From a virus (taxonomy: Duplodnaviria > Caudoviricetes): a stretch of DNA of 60,169 bases. The notes beneath the pieces were generated by a model. The model made no database searches, was not told the DNA's origin, and saw only the letters and a list, made by a program, of their open reading frames with translations. The stretch covers positions 1 through 60,169 of the IMG/VR virus record IMGVR_UViG_3300028572_000013, one strand, 5' to 3'. Both the position numbers and the translations under genes were made by a program. Positions 1-10,078 of the stretch are shown one piece after another; positions within the stretch are counted from its first letter, which is position 1, and every line of letters starts with the position of its first letter.

Positions 1-102
1 TGGGACCGTAACAAATTCCACCACCACCCCAACACTTGCATTAGCGCCAACAAGCTCCACTCCTGCAGCTTCTAGTTTTGCTTCTTGGGACGCCAACAAA
101 AA
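1..102 (+). repeat. Exact copy of 58031-58132 (tail-fibre shared segment)
   Basis: Direct sequence comparison. Confidence 0.95.
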
Positions 103-862
103 CCTATCAGCCAACAACCACATTAATGGCTACACCACTACCACGACAGCGGCAGGAACGACTACTCTAACAGTTGGTTCAACCCAACAACAATATTTCA
201 CCGGAACCACTACGCAAATCTTGGTATTGCCGGTCACCTCAACTTTAGTACTTGGCCAATCATTTACTGTCACAAACAACAGCACGGGAGTAGTAACCGT
301 TGAGTCTAGTGGTGCAAATACCGTTCTCGCCCAAGCCGCAAATACTACCGTAGTCTATACCTGTATTTTAACATCAGGCACTACGGCTTCGAGTTGGAAC
401 GCAACATTAGTTGGTGCTAGTCTTACTGCTCCAATTAGAAGTCAAGTCACTCTCAATACAGCAGCAGGATTAGGATCTACGGCAGGCGTGGTAGCTCTCA
501 CTTTCACAAACAATACTGTCACTGGAACAGACTTGACTTATGCAGCAAGTACTACTGCCGGTGATACGATCACCGTAAACACTACGGGATTGTATGCGAT
601 CACATTCACTGTTCCAGACCAAACAGGGGGCTTCGATGGAATCACAAAAAACACTGCAAATACGGTGAACGTTGCATCTGCGACAATCAGTAATGTTTTG
701 TCAGTCGTTACGGTAATAGGTCCTGCATCTGGTAACCACTGCGGTTACACAGGACTTCTCAACGCTGGAGATGTGATTCGATTTGTCGTTTCTGCTCATA
801 CGAATACCATTAATACCGGCGCTGACGCTGGTATTATAAACATGGCAAAAATTGGGGTTTAA
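2..862 (+). CDS. Tail fibre, alternative C-terminal allele (5'-partial; frame runs in from the window edge)
   Basis: Frame is open from position 2 (GTVTNSTTTPTLALAP...). Nt 1-102 are identical to 58031-58132. The protein stays similar to 56919..59843 up to ...SSWNA, then has an unrelated tip. Confidence 0.85.
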   Translation, partial: GTVTNSTTTPTLALAPTSSTPAASSFASWDANKNLSANNHINGYTTTTTAAGTTTLTVGSTQQQYFTGTTTQILVLPVTSTLVLGQSFTVTNNSTGVVTVESSGANTVLAQAANTTVVYTCILTSGTTASSWNATLVGASLTAPIRSQVTLNTAAGLGSTAGVVALTFTNNTVTGTDLTYAASTTAGDTITVNTTGLYAITFTVPDQTGGFDGITKNTANTVNVASATISNVLSVVTVIGPASGNHCGYTGLLNAGDVIRFVVSAHTNTINTGADAGIINMAKIGV

Positions 863-975
863 GGACCACATGACAACTCCATTCACAGCGGATTTAGAAA
901 CTTTTTGGGGTGGGGAATTTAAGCTTATGATATATAGAAGGTAATATCAGTAGTTTTAAATAGTTGGGAATAAAT

Positions 976-1188
976 ATGTCAATTTTAATAGCATTTTTAG
1001 TAAGTAAATTTCAATCGTTGATCTTTAAAGCTCAACCAGCAATCTCTATAATCTCACCATTTGTATCGAAGATTATCTCTATAGCCCCCTTACCAGTTGG
1101 TATTCTGATTGGCTATATCTTTCATGCAGAGATTAAGATTGCATTCGAAGCGATTCACGCTTTAATAAAACTAATTTCATTAATTTAA
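976..1188 (+). CDS. Small hydrophobic membrane protein (second copy at 59866..60078)
   Basis: ATG 976 after GGGAA; hydrophobic; 4 SNPs between the two copies. Confidence 0.65.
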   Translation: MSILIAFLVSKFQSLIFKAQPAISIISPFVSKIISIAPLPVGILIGYIFHAEIKIAFEAIHALIKLISLI

Positions 1189-1197
1189 GGAGAAAAC

Positions 1198-1557
1198 ATG
1201 AAGAACGTAAGCTGCAATGTATTAAGTGCATCAGATGCTACAAGTCAAAATGGAGCTCAGATTGATTCAAATCAACTCGCAGCTGCAAGCTTTCAAGCTT
1301 TATTTGGTGATAGTAGTGCTGCAGGGACTTTAAAGATTCAGATGTCGAATGATATTTTCTTAGAAAGTTATCAACCATCTAACTTTACAGTATCTAATTG
1401 GACAGATATACCTAGTGCTACGGCTACTGTGACTGCAGGAGCTTCTGCAGTTATAATGTTACCTGAGATTAGTTATCGATGGATGAGAGTAGTATTTACG
1501 AGTTCTGTTGCAGGATCTACTACAATTAATGTTCAGATGTTTGCACTCGCGATTTAG
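1198..1557 (+). CDS. Putative virion/tail protein, paralog of 55996..56385
   Basis: AAGGAG RBS; shared GTxxxQxSND...NWT...RxxxTSxxAG pattern. Confidence 0.6.
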   Translation: MKNVSCNVLSASDATSQNGAQIDSNQLAAASFQALFGDSSAAGTLKIQMSNDIFLESYQPSNFTVSNWTDIPSATATVTAGASAVIMLPEISYRWMRVVFTSSVAGSTTINVQMFALAI

Positions 1558-1565
1558 TGTGATTT

Positions 1566-1916
1566 ATGGTGGCTGGAACCTTATTCCCAATATTCTGGAT
1601 TGACGCCCCAGAAATACTCTATGCGAATGTTACTCCTATACCAGGTTCTGGATCTTCACCATTACAAGTGGTGGCGGATAGTGGAGTAAGAGTTGCATAT
1701 GGAGTTCAATGGATTGATACGACAGGGGATTACATAGGTGTTTACACAGGGAGTGTTGGGAATGAAGTTTTAAGAACCATTATCGGCGGGGGGGCAGTAT
1801 CCGCAGCTCCAGTAGTTATAGCCGCACATAGTAGAGTTTCGTTAAGGTCAATGACGGCATCCTCTATTACAAACGGGCAATTGATTATGACATTTTTAGG
1901 TCAGGGATTAAACTAA
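1566..1916 (+). CDS. Hypothetical virion-module protein
   Basis: ORF in tightly packed structural cluster. Confidence 0.55.
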   Translation: MVAGTLFPIFWIDAPEILYANVTPIPGSGSSPLQVVADSGVRVAYGVQWIDTTGDYIGVYTGSVGNEVLRTIIGGGAVSAAPVVIAAHSRVSLRSMTASSITNGQLIMTFLGQGLN

Positions 1917-2461
1917 TGGCGACTACGACCATCAAGGACGGCTTTAACGGCGGTTCTGATAATCAGCTTAAGGTTAACGCCGATGGATCTATTAATGTTA
2001 ATACCTCAGGTGGAGGTGGTGGATCGAATGTTAATTTAATTAGTGTTGGTGGCGCTAGTATAAACTTAGGCCAAACAACTGAAGCAAATTCGTTGCCAGT
2101 AGTTATCGCAAGTGATCAATCTCCTATAACAGTTATATCTTCAGGTAGTTCGACTGTTTCCGGCACAGTTACATCGAATACGGCGGGATTGAATTCTTTC
2201 CAGACAAGTCAGTATATAATAGGCCTAACTGCGGTTCACTTAGCTCCTACTCCGCTAACTAATAGAAGTTCTATTAGTTTAGCGGTAGAAGCAGATCCAA
2301 ATGTTGCCGTTTATATTGGTAATTCAAGCGCGGTAACAGTATCAAGTGGCTATCCTCTTTACAACGGAAGTACAATACAATTAGATTTAACGCCTACTGG
2401 AAATATTTGGGCTATTACAGCAACTGCTGGTCAAACCATAGCAGTACTGGAGATAGCGTAA
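1916..2461 (+). CDS. Putative fibre/decoration protein
   Basis: S/T/G-rich; VGGxxIxLGQxxxxxSLPVVIASDQS motif; stop/start overlap. Confidence 0.6.
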   Translation: MATTTIKDGFNGGSDNQLKVNADGSINVNTSGGGGGSNVNLISVGGASINLGQTTEANSLPVVIASDQSPITVISSGSSTVSGTVTSNTAGLNSFQTSQYIIGLTAVHLAPTPLTNRSSISLAVEADPNVAVYIGNSSAVTVSSGYPLYNGSTIQLDLTPTGNIWAITATAGQTIAVLEIA

Positions 2462-2932
2462 ATGGCAAGAATCAGTACCAGTTCAACTGGCGGTAATGTT
2501 AACATTCAGGATACGAACGGCAATCCACTTAACAGTGTTAATGGCGCCTTAAATGTTAATATTGAAGGTGTTAATCCTAATCAGCACTCAGTTTTGATAT
2601 ATAATGCTGAATCTGCCGTTGCAGTAGGAGTCACGACTACAGTAGCAACCTATACAGCACCTGCTTCCCCTACAGTTGCGTGTTTATTGTTAGTATCAGT
2701 AGGTGGTACAAATGTTGCACAGTGGACGATTACAAATAGTAGTAGTGGGATTTATGACCAAAACTATACATCAGCTGCGCAACTAAACGAAGTTTTTACG
2801 TTTGAAACAGGATCGTCTATAGTCCCTGGTCAAATAATAGGTGCAGGAAACACTATAACTGTGTCTGTAAAACAAGTCGGGACAAGTCCCGGAAATTTTA
2901 ACGCTAGATTACAAATATTGGAGATAGGTTAA
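2462..2932 (+). CDS. Putative virion protein
   Basis: S/T/V-rich ORF abutting its neighbours. Confidence 0.55.
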   Translation: MARISTSSTGGNVNIQDTNGNPLNSVNGALNVNIEGVNPNQHSVLIYNAESAVAVGVTTTVATYTAPASPTVACLLLVSVGGTNVAQWTITNSSSGIYDQNYTSAAQLNEVFTFETGSSIVPGQIIGAGNTITVSVKQVGTSPGNFNARLQILEIG

Positions 2933-2933
2933 T

Positions 2934-3113
2934 ATGTTAGAACAAAAGAAATTAAAAGCGGAGCTTTTAAGAGTCCAAGCTGCTAAGGCAGAAATGGAAT
3001 ACATCATGGAACAGAGGATGGAAGAAATAAGACGGCTAGAAGAGGCCGTTAAGAAACAAGAACTTGCAGAATCTTCACTGCAGGAAAAACTAAATGCCTT
3101 AGTAGGAGGATAA
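2934..3113 (+). CDS. 59-aa coiled-coil protein (not in ORF track), possible fibre chaperone
   Basis: Hand translation MLEQKKLKAELLRVQAAKAEMEY...ALVGG; fills the gap exactly. Confidence 0.7.
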   Translation: MLEQKKLKAELLRVQAAKAEMEYIMEQRMEEIRRLEEAVKKQELAESSLQEKLNALVGG

Positions 3114-3117
3114 ACTA

Positions 3118-4494
3118 ATGAGCGATTTTAACAGTTCCTTACCGGTCAGGACCGAAAACCCCGGTGACGTAGTCGTCAAACTATCAGACGCAACTACGCC
3201 AAGTCAACAACAGGCAGTTAACGCGGCCGGATCAGCCCAGATTGCCGGTCAAGGTATAGCTGGCACCCCCGCCGGCGGAGTGGTATCCGTTCAAGGTGTT
3301 AGTGGTGGAACGCCATTACCTATTAGTGGAAGTATAACCATTACTGATCCAGCTGAAGGGCCAACGGGAGCATTGCCACCAAGCGATGCTATATACATTG
3401 GAGCTTTAGCTTCTACGTCTGCTCCATCATTAACGACCGGATATATGTATTCTCCATCGTTAACTCTAGCCGGCGCGCTACGAGTAGATGGGTCAGCAGT
3501 GACTCAACCTATCAGTGCTGCAAGCTTACCGCTACCAACTGGCGCAGCTACTAATTCCGAATTGATTACGATTAATTCTACTTTAGGATCGCCATTCCAA
3601 GCTGGCGGAAGCATCGGAAATACTGCATTTGGTATTTCTGGTTCTTTGCCCGCTGGTAGTAATATTATCGGTGCAGTAACTCAATCAGGTGGACCTTGGA
3701 CTGACAACTTGACTGAAGTTGGTGGTTCTGCCATCTCTTTGGGTCAAAAAACGATGGCAGCATCTTTGCCTGTTGTTATCGCTTCTGATCAATCGATTCT
3801 ATTGACAAGTGATAAAGCTGATGGACCAGCAGCTCCTGGAGCAGCTTCCAGCTTCTCTCTATTATCTGGGGCTATTTATAACAGCTCGCCAATCAGTTTA
3901 ACGAACGGTCAGCAAGCTTCATTGCAATCGGATTCAGCTGGACGTTTATTGGTTGATGGGTCACAAGTGACTCAGCCAGTCAGTGGAACAATTACAGCAA
4001 ATCAAGGTGGCGCACCTTGGAGCCAGAATATCACTCAGATTTCTGGAGCTTCTCCCAGTGCTTCGAACAGTTTACCAGTTGAGATCTCATTAGGATCTTC
4101 ATTTATAAGCTCTTCAAACCCACTGCCTGTTATTCTTGATCCAGCCGGTGCTGGAACTCCAGTCATGGATTTTAAAGATGCTAGTGCGATTGCTGCTGGA
4201 TCTTCTGATAATCATGACTATACAGTTACAGCAGGAAAAACTCTGCACTTACAGCAGATTGAATCTTCTGCTGCTGGAAAAGCAAAGATGACTCTGGAAA
4301 TTGAAACTGGCGTTGGAACAAGTATATTTACGTCTATGGCAGTTCAATTTAACTCTACTGCAACTCCTGATATGAGTTTGATTATTCAATCTCCTATGTT
4401 AGTAGCTGCTGGGGTTAGAGTCCGCGTTGTAATGTTGAATAGAGATAATCAAGCTGATGATCTATATAGTTCAATAATTGGATTTGAAATCTAA
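3118..4494 (+). CDS. Putative fibre/decoration protein
   Basis: GGAGG RBS; internal repeats (VDGSxVTQP, GGPWxxNxT); LPVVIASDQS motif. Confidence 0.65.
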   Translation: MSDFNSSLPVRTENPGDVVVKLSDATTPSQQQAVNAAGSAQIAGQGIAGTPAGGVVSVQGVSGGTPLPISGSITITDPAEGPTGALPPSDAIYIGALASTSAPSLTTGYMYSPSLTLAGALRVDGSAVTQPISAASLPLPTGAATNSELITINSTLGSPFQAGGSIGNTAFGISGSLPAGSNIIGAVTQSGGPWTDNLTEVGGSAISLGQKTMAASLPVVIASDQSILLTSDKADGPAAPGAASSFSLLSGAIYNSSPISLTNGQQASLQSDSAGRLLVDGSQVTQPVSGTITANQGGAPWSQNITQISGASPSASNSLPVEISLGSSFISSSNPLPVILDPAGAGTPVMDFKDASAIAAGSSDNHDYTVTAGKTLHLQQIESSAAGKAKMTLEIETGVGTSIFTSMAVQFNSTATPDMSLIIQSPMLVAAGVRVRVVMLNRDNQADDLYSSIIGFEI

Positions 4495-4504
4495 TAGGTG
4501 ATGT

Positions 4505-5875
4505 ATGGCAGACATGAATTCTAGGTTACCAACACAAGATCAGGCAGATGGAACATCTGGGTCTGCCATACCTACCGAAGCTATATTGGTTGGAGGTTCA
4601 GACGGAACTAACCTCCAACCTATTTCTACTACATCAACTGGGGTAGTTAATACTAAAGATCAATCTGACGGACCTGTAACTCCTGGCACTGTATCAAGTT
4701 TTTCACAACTTATAGGTGGTCAATATAATAGCACACAATCTGCTCTTACAACTGGTCAACAAGCGGCTTTACAATCAGATGTTCGTGGAAATTTATTAAT
4801 AGGTTCAGGTTCTGTTGCAATATCTGGTTCTATTGCAGGAAATGGTAATATATTACTAATCCCCAATGGTGGTATAACAAATATTAATTCTTATTCTGGG
4901 ATACTAATAGAAATAAGTGGAACTTGGAGTTCAACTTTAACTCTTACAGGTTCAAATAGTGGTAGTTCATTTTTTACAATTGATGTAATAAATTTATCTA
5001 ACCCAAATAATGGACCACAATCAACAATTACATCAAATGGATTATACTATGCACCGATCGGAGCTACAAATATAGCCTTAACTTCTTCATCATATGTTTC
5101 CGGTACAGTACTTTGTTATGCTCAATTACGATCAATTCCTCCAGCAATACTTAATGCACCATTTAAAACAGACGTGTCTACAACTGGAACTTTAGGCGCA
5201 TTAAATGCCACTCTACAGTTACCTATAAATGACGTATCATCCGCATATGCATTAATCTCAGGAACATGGGCAGGTACTATTCAGTTTCAAGGTAGTGTTA
5301 ATGGTAGTTCGTACGTTCCATTGGAAGCAGTCCAGGGGGGACCTACAAATGCTTATACTAATGCTGGGTTTACTACAAATGGTGGCGTAAGAATTGCACT
5401 CCCTGCTGGTTTTACAAACATCCAAGCTATAATGACAGCGTATACGTCCGGTACGGCTACTGTTGTTATAAATACTTCATCTGGAGTGTCAAATACTGAA
5501 GTGATTCAGCTTAATGCTGCTAATTTAAAAACCACAGCTTATATTGCTGACGGCTCCGGAAATGCCATCAATTCAATAAATTCGCAACTAGAAACTGCTG
5601 ATATTATTAACACATCTATATCAAGCGGTAGTATCACTGTTGGTACTACAGCTGTTGCAGCTAGAGTGGGTGCCTCTAACCTAACAAGTAGAAAACAACT
5701 TATGATAGCTCCCGTTACCTATACAATTTATATAGGCGCTACTTCTGGGGTCACTACAGCTACCGGCATTCCAATATATCCAGGTCAAGTTGTGGCGTTT
5801 GCGTATGGCGCTAGTGTTACTCCGTATTTAATAGCTGCAACTTCTGGCACGGTAAACGTATTCGAAGGAGCTTAA
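4505..5875 (+). CDS. Putative fibre/spike protein
   Basis: S/T/G-rich; DGPxxPG..SSFS..GQQAxLQSD segment shared with 3118; two ISGTW repeats. Confidence 0.6.
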   Translation: MADMNSRLPTQDQADGTSGSAIPTEAILVGGSDGTNLQPISTTSTGVVNTKDQSDGPVTPGTVSSFSQLIGGQYNSTQSALTTGQQAALQSDVRGNLLIGSGSVAISGSIAGNGNILLIPNGGITNINSYSGILIEISGTWSSTLTLTGSNSGSSFFTIDVINLSNPNNGPQSTITSNGLYYAPIGATNIALTSSSYVSGTVLCYAQLRSIPPAILNAPFKTDVSTTGTLGALNATLQLPINDVSSAYALISGTWAGTIQFQGSVNGSSYVPLEAVQGGPTNAYTNAGFTTNGGVRIALPAGFTNIQAIMTAYTSGTATVVINTSSGVSNTEVIQLNAANLKTTAYIADGSGNAINSINSQLETADIINTSISSGSITVGTTAVAARVGASNLTSRKQLMIAPVTYTIYIGATSGVTTATGIPIYPGQVVAFAYGASVTPYLIAATSGTVNVFEGA

Positions 5876-5876
5876 T

Positions 5877-6299
5877 ATGGCACAAAATGGATACTTTTCT
5901 TCATACAGCCCCCCAACAACAGCTACTAACTACACGGTTACTAGTACTTCAGCTCAGACTTTAACTACAGGTGGGGTTATTATTGCAACAGTCACGCCGG
6001 TCGCCGGAACCTATCTAGTTGTAGCAAGCTGTAGTTTAACAGCTTCAAGTGCGGCAGGTAACGTTGCCACGGTTGGTATATTATACAATGGGACGTATCA
6101 GACTGGCAGCTTGCATACAGCCACGCCTCAAAGCACAAATACGAGTATTATTTATTCTAACGGCTTTCAAGCCATGACAATTGCAACAAATTGTATCTTG
6201 ACTGTTAATGGTTCTGTAGCCGTTACCTTAGCAGGTTATACGAATACTGGCACCGTAACAGTTAACCCTTTAGTAATGAATTTAGTGAGGATAGCATAA
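5877..6299 (+). CDS. Putative virion/fibre-tip protein
   Basis: T-rich, likely beta-structured ORF in structural cluster. Confidence 0.5.
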   Translation: MAQNGYFSSYSPPTTATNYTVTSTSAQTLTTGGVIIATVTPVAGTYLVVASCSLTASSAAGNVATVGILYNGTYQTGSLHTATPQSTNTSIIYSNGFQAMTIATNCILTVNGSVAVTLAGYTNTGTVTVNPLVMNLVRIA

Positions 6300-6481
6300 T
6301 GACTAACGATCAACTCATTGCAGCAATTACAACAGCTTTACAGACTCAAGATGTAAACGGCGAATACGCTAATGTTGTTTTGTTGATGCAGGCGTCTATA
6401 ATAAATAGCTTAAGTAGTATGCCGCCTGATCAACTGGCTAATATTTGCACACTTTTAAACATCAACACGAGTGGTTCTTAA
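6299..6481 (+). CDS. Hypothetical protein
   Basis: Stop/start overlap with upstream gene. Confidence 0.55.
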   Translation: MTNDQLIAAITTALQTQDVNGEYANVVLLMQASIINSLSSMPPDQLANICTLLNINTSGS

Positions 6482-6482
6482 A

Positions 6483-6659
6483 ATGAAAAAACTACATAAA
6501 ATTATAGCGTTTATAAAAAGAACTTTTGTAACTGACTGCCCGGTGTGTCATAAACATTTCTATGGCACCAGTAAACATATGTGTCACGTTAAAGTCAGTA
6601 ACAAACATTACAGGATAATCTGTGAAAAATGTGCGGAGGAACACAAGTTGTTGAAATAA
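6483..6659 (+). CDS. Small Zn-finger protein
   Basis: CPVC...CEKC; ATG 6483. Confidence 0.55.
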   Translation: MKKLHKIIAFIKRTFVTDCPVCHKHFYGTSKHMCHVKVSNKHYRIICEKCAEEHKLLK

Positions 6660-6660
6660 T

Positions 6661-6897
6661 ATGGATAAGTTGGATAACATACAAGAAAAAATAACCAAGA
6701 TAGAAGTAACCTTAGCTGAGCAGCACCAGACATTAAAAGAACACACAAGACGAAGTACAGCCAATGAAAAGGCAGTAGAATTACTTAAAGGACAAACAGA
6801 CGACGTTAAGAAGATGGTATACACCATGCATGGTGGCGTTAAGGCCCTATTTGCAATCTTAACAATCATAGAAATTATTTCTAAGTTTTGGCATTAA
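6661..6897 (+). CDS. Holin-like/XhlA-like membrane protein
   Basis: N-terminal coiled coil plus one C-terminal hydrophobic helix; near endolysin. Confidence 0.5.
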   Translation: MDKLDNIQEKITKIEVTLAEQHQTLKEHTRRSTANEKAVELLKGQTDDVKKMVYTMHGGVKALFAILTIIEIISKFWH

Positions 6898-6898
6898 T

Positions 6899-7258
6899 AT
6901 GATACATAGAGTGCTGCGACATATACACGACGTAATAAAAGGAAAGACCGATGTAAGTACTCTGCGGTCAACTCATTGGCATACGGTTAGAAAGCATCAC
7001 CTAGAGCAACATCCTATTTGTGAGATTTGCGGCGGTAAAGATAAGTTACAGGTTCATCATAAGAAGCCGTTTCATATGCATCCAGAATTAGAATTAGACT
7101 TATCAAATTTGATAACTTTATGTGAGCACCCTGGAAAAGATTGTCACTTAATATTCGGACACCTACAGTCGTTTAAAAGCTATAACCCCAGTGTTGAAGA
7201 GGATGCTAAGATATGGAACGAAAAGTTAAAGAATCGCCCATTGAACCAAAGTTCTTAG
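6899..7258 (+). CDS. HNH endonuclease
   Basis: CEICG..LQVHH..NLITLC..CH motif. Confidence 0.85.
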   Translation: MIHRVLRHIHDVIKGKTDVSTLRSTHWHTVRKHHLEQHPICEICGGKDKLQVHHKKPFHMHPELELDLSNLITLCEHPGKDCHLIFGHLQSFKSYNPSVEEDAKIWNEKLKNRPLNQSS

Positions 7259-7434
7259 ACATGATCTGTCAGGAATGCCACGTAGCTTTAAAGTACCCGC
7301 ATGGGGAGTTAAATCAGTGGTGTAAATGCTGTTTTTGCGGGTACACTGAGATTAATCCGACACAAGAAAAAGCAGGAATTATTAACCTACAGGAGTTAGA
7401 AATAACGAACGTTCTTGTTCGCGGCGACGCATAA
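7213..7434 (+). CDS. Small Cys-rich protein (start uncertain, possibly 7261)
   Basis: CQEC...CCFCG; overlaps the lysozyme 3' end. Confidence 0.4.
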   Translation: MERKVKESPIEPKFLDMICQECHVALKYPHGELNQWCKCCFCGYTEINPTQEKAGIINLQELEITNVLVRGDA

Positions 7435-7819
7435 GGCCAGGAACTTCTCGGCCAGAAGCTTTATCCCATAGTAGGAATCGTTCAGCAGCTATATCAAAGT
7501 TACCTAAATTAACTTGCTTTAATAAACCTGAAGTATTGAAGTTACGTAAGCCAATATTATAAGCTAGAGATACTAATGCGGAGAACTGATTTTCATTAAC
7601 ATCTACTTCTAGTCGGTCAGATACGCCGTCTTCGACTCGACCTAAATCTTGTCTTAGCTGATTGTCAGCTTGCTCTTGAGTCCATATTAGGTCTGGGTTA
7701 ACTTCTGACCCGGTATGTCCCCAGCCAATAGTCCATATACCGACTATATCGCGGTAAGATTTTAATTTGCAGCTTTCGCACTCTTTTATTAAAGCTAAAC
7801 CTTTTTCATTAATTTTCAT
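7382..7819 (-). CDS. Endolysin, GH24 lysozyme
   Basis: E..K..SYRDIVGIWTIGWGHTG; NQFSALVSLAYNIG; GLMRRR. Confidence 0.93.
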   Translation of the reverse strand: MKINEKGLALIKECESCKLKSYRDIVGIWTIGWGHTGSEVNPDLIWTQEQADNQLRQDLGRVEDGVSDRLEVDVNENQFSALVSLAYNIGLRNFNTSGLLKQVNLGNFDIAAERFLLWDKASGREVPGLMRRREQERSLFLTPVG

Positions 7820-7867
7820 AATCCCCCCTTAAAAATTGCCTTCCATGGCATAAATATACGATAGTTA

Positions 7868-8734
7868 TTATATTAAATCATCATAATTTAGTGCATTATT
7901 AAATGCTTTGCATAGTGAGTTATCTATGTGTGTTTTACATACATCCTCAATTTTTTTGAGGATTTGTTCTTTATCTTCAGAGGCGGAAGATGGGGCTGCG
8001 GCAACACCGTCGTCAGCTTTCGGCGCAATTGGGTTTAGACTATCCAGTTCTTTAAACAGAAAGTTATAAACATACTCATGTGGAACTGCCAATGTATAGC
8101 CCAAATCACCGCTGCCGGCAAATACGACCGCGCTAATCTGATTTTCTTCACCATAGATTCCGGAACCTGAGGAGCCTGGTTGAATGGTTGTAGAGACGAC
8201 GATCGATTCAAAATCACCGATGATGGGTAGTTTTCCTATAAAAGCGCAGATAAAACCAGTAGATGGATTTGCCTTGTCAGCGTCGGTACAGTCTCTTAAA
8301 CCCATAACAATCTGAACTTGAAGTTTATCAGAGAAGTATCCTCGTGTAATAATTACGGGTAATAAATGAGGGTGTCCGGATGTCGTAGCATGATCAAATC
8401 GTACGGGAGCTGTTCGCGATACGGACGCAGATGGGCCTGCATGAGCTGATACAAATATCGCACATAAATCATGTCTATTTGAAGTTTTATAGGCGGTAAC
8501 TGCGAGTTTTCGTCCATCTAGTGTATGAACTAAGCCTCCACGCGAGACAACTCCACAAACATGTTTATTAGTTAGAATCATGGAAAGAGTTTCAGTTGAC
8601 GTTACAACTGTTCCACTTCCTCCGGAATTCTCAGCCCGATTAGTGATTTTAACGGTAGCTGTTGGTACAAACTCAGACGGACGAGTGCATCCACCTGCTC
8701 CTAATAATAGTAATCCGATTAATATTTTTTTCAT
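7868..8734 (-). CDS. Trypsin-like serine protease, probable lipoprotein
   Basis: Signal peptide ending AGGC; triad TNKHVC, DLC, PGSSGS. Confidence 0.8.
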   Translation of the reverse strand: MKKILIGLLLLGAGGCTRPSEFVPTATVKITNRAENSGGSGTVVTSTETLSMILTNKHVCGVVSRGGLVHTLDGRKLAVTAYKTSNRHDLCAIFVSAHAGPSASVSRTAPVRFDHATTSGHPHLLPVIITRGYFSDKLQVQIVMGLRDCTDADKANPSTGFICAFIGKLPIIGDFESIVVSTTIQPGSSGSGIYGEENQISAVVFAGSGDLGYTLAVPHEYVYNFLFKELDSLNPIAPKADDGVAAAPSSASEDKEQILKKIEDVCKTHIDNSLCKAFNNALNYDDLI

Positions 8735-8770
8735 ATATCTCCTTTTTCCATTACAACAGAAACAATACGA

Positions 8771-10078
8771 TTATTCAAGCTTTAATTCATCGGGAATAAG
8801 ATTATATTCATCTAGTAGAATCTTACACTGTTCCTTAAAATGTGCCTTAGTGAATTTATGGCTATTATCGTCAAAGATTATTACCTTACAGGTATCTTTA
8901 CCATTAGATCGACGTAGACCTCTGCCAATTTGTTGAATTATAGAATTTTTTGAGCGTCCTAGGCCTGTGATAATGATGAACTCAGCTGGTTTAGTGTTAA
9001 CCCCTTCGCCGACAATACCAGTTGTTCCCACTAAGGTCTTTATCTTTCCTTTTGAAAAGGCCTCAAGTAATATAATTGAATCCTCAGATTCGCCGTTCGC
9101 GAAATGCGAACCACATAATTCACTAAGGATCTTGCCATGCACTATTTCCTTGACTAATACAAGAGTAGGGACACCACTATGGTCCAGAGCACGCACCAAT
9201 CTAGCAATAAGATTATTACGCACGTCGTTTTCAACCACGAGAGTTTTGTAGACTTGCCGCCATGTATGAGCGTTAGTCTTGGTTTTTGGTATCGTAACAT
9301 AAAATGCCTCCAGGGGGGTTATATACCCGTTTTCTACCGCTTTGTGGAAATCCACTCGGTATATTATTCTCCCCGCGATGCTTTCAAACAATATATCTTC
9401 TTCTGAACGACTGCGAAAAGGCGTAGCGGTAAAAAATAGTCTATAGTATATACCATTCCAGTACTTACTATTTAATGTCCTATAAGTCTTTGCAGCGACG
9501 TGGTGGGCCTCGTCGATGATTAAACAGTCGTATTTCTTAGTCTTTTTAAGCTCCGGAGAATCAATATTTTCAATTGTTATATTTTTAAGAGACCCAAAAC
9601 AAGCTGTAAAATCTTCAGTAAGTTGATTCTTAAGGGTTAGGTTTGGTACTACTATAAGGGTTTTAACTTGTAGAGCATTAACTAAGTACATCATGGTTAA
9701 GCTTTTACCGAACCCGGTGACTGCTGAAATTGTCCCACGATGATGTTGCAAGGCGGCATCAACTATCTCTAACTGTTCAATATATGGGGGATGTGGGAAA
9801 GTAGGGTTAAACATCCCTGGCTTGGGCGTTGGTTTAACCCTCATATCTAACAACGAGAATGGTGCCTTTAAGGTGGATTTAACCGTCTCTAGTAGCCCAG
9901 TAGGGAACATGCCTGACTTTGCCAGTAATGACACCCTATTGCCCGCCTTAACGCCAAAGGGTGTAAATACTGGGGGTAGGGAATAGGAGAGGACCTCTTT
10001 TAAAGAGTTATGTTCGGCTATAGAGAGCCCCTCCACCTTAGAGATACTGTTGTGTATGATTATATCAATCAATTTCAT
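8771..10078 (-). CDS. SF2 (DEAH/UvsW-like) helicase
   Basis: TGFGKS, IIDEAHH, TATP, QQIGRGLR; likely start ATG 10078. Confidence 0.9.
   Translation of the reverse strand: MKLIDIIIHNSISKVEGLSIAEHNSLKEVLSYSLPPVFTPFGVKAGNRVSLLAKSGMFPTGLLETVKSTLKAPFSLLDMRVKPTPKPGMFNPTFPHPPYIEQLEIVDAALQHHRGTISAVTGFGKSLTMMYLVNALQVKTLIVVPNLTLKNQLTEDFTACFGSLKNITIENIDSPELKKTKKYDCLIIDEAHHVAAKTYRTLNSKYWNGIYYRLFFTATPFRSRSEEDILFESIAGRIIYRVDFHKAVENGYITPLEAFYVTIPKTKTNAHTWRQVYKTLVVENDVRNNLIARLVRALDHSGVPTLVLVKEIVHGKILSELCGSHFANGESEDSIILLEAFSKGKIKTLVGTTGIVGEGVNTKPAEFIIITGLGRSKNSIIQQIGRGLRRSNGKDTCKVIIFDDNSHKFTKAHFKEQCKILLDEYNLIPDELKLE

Noticed and set aside
1-955. Diversity-generating retroelement or invertible tail-fibre cassette
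   Set aside because: No reverse transcriptase or invertase; the copies are in direct orientation and differences are not adenine-specific
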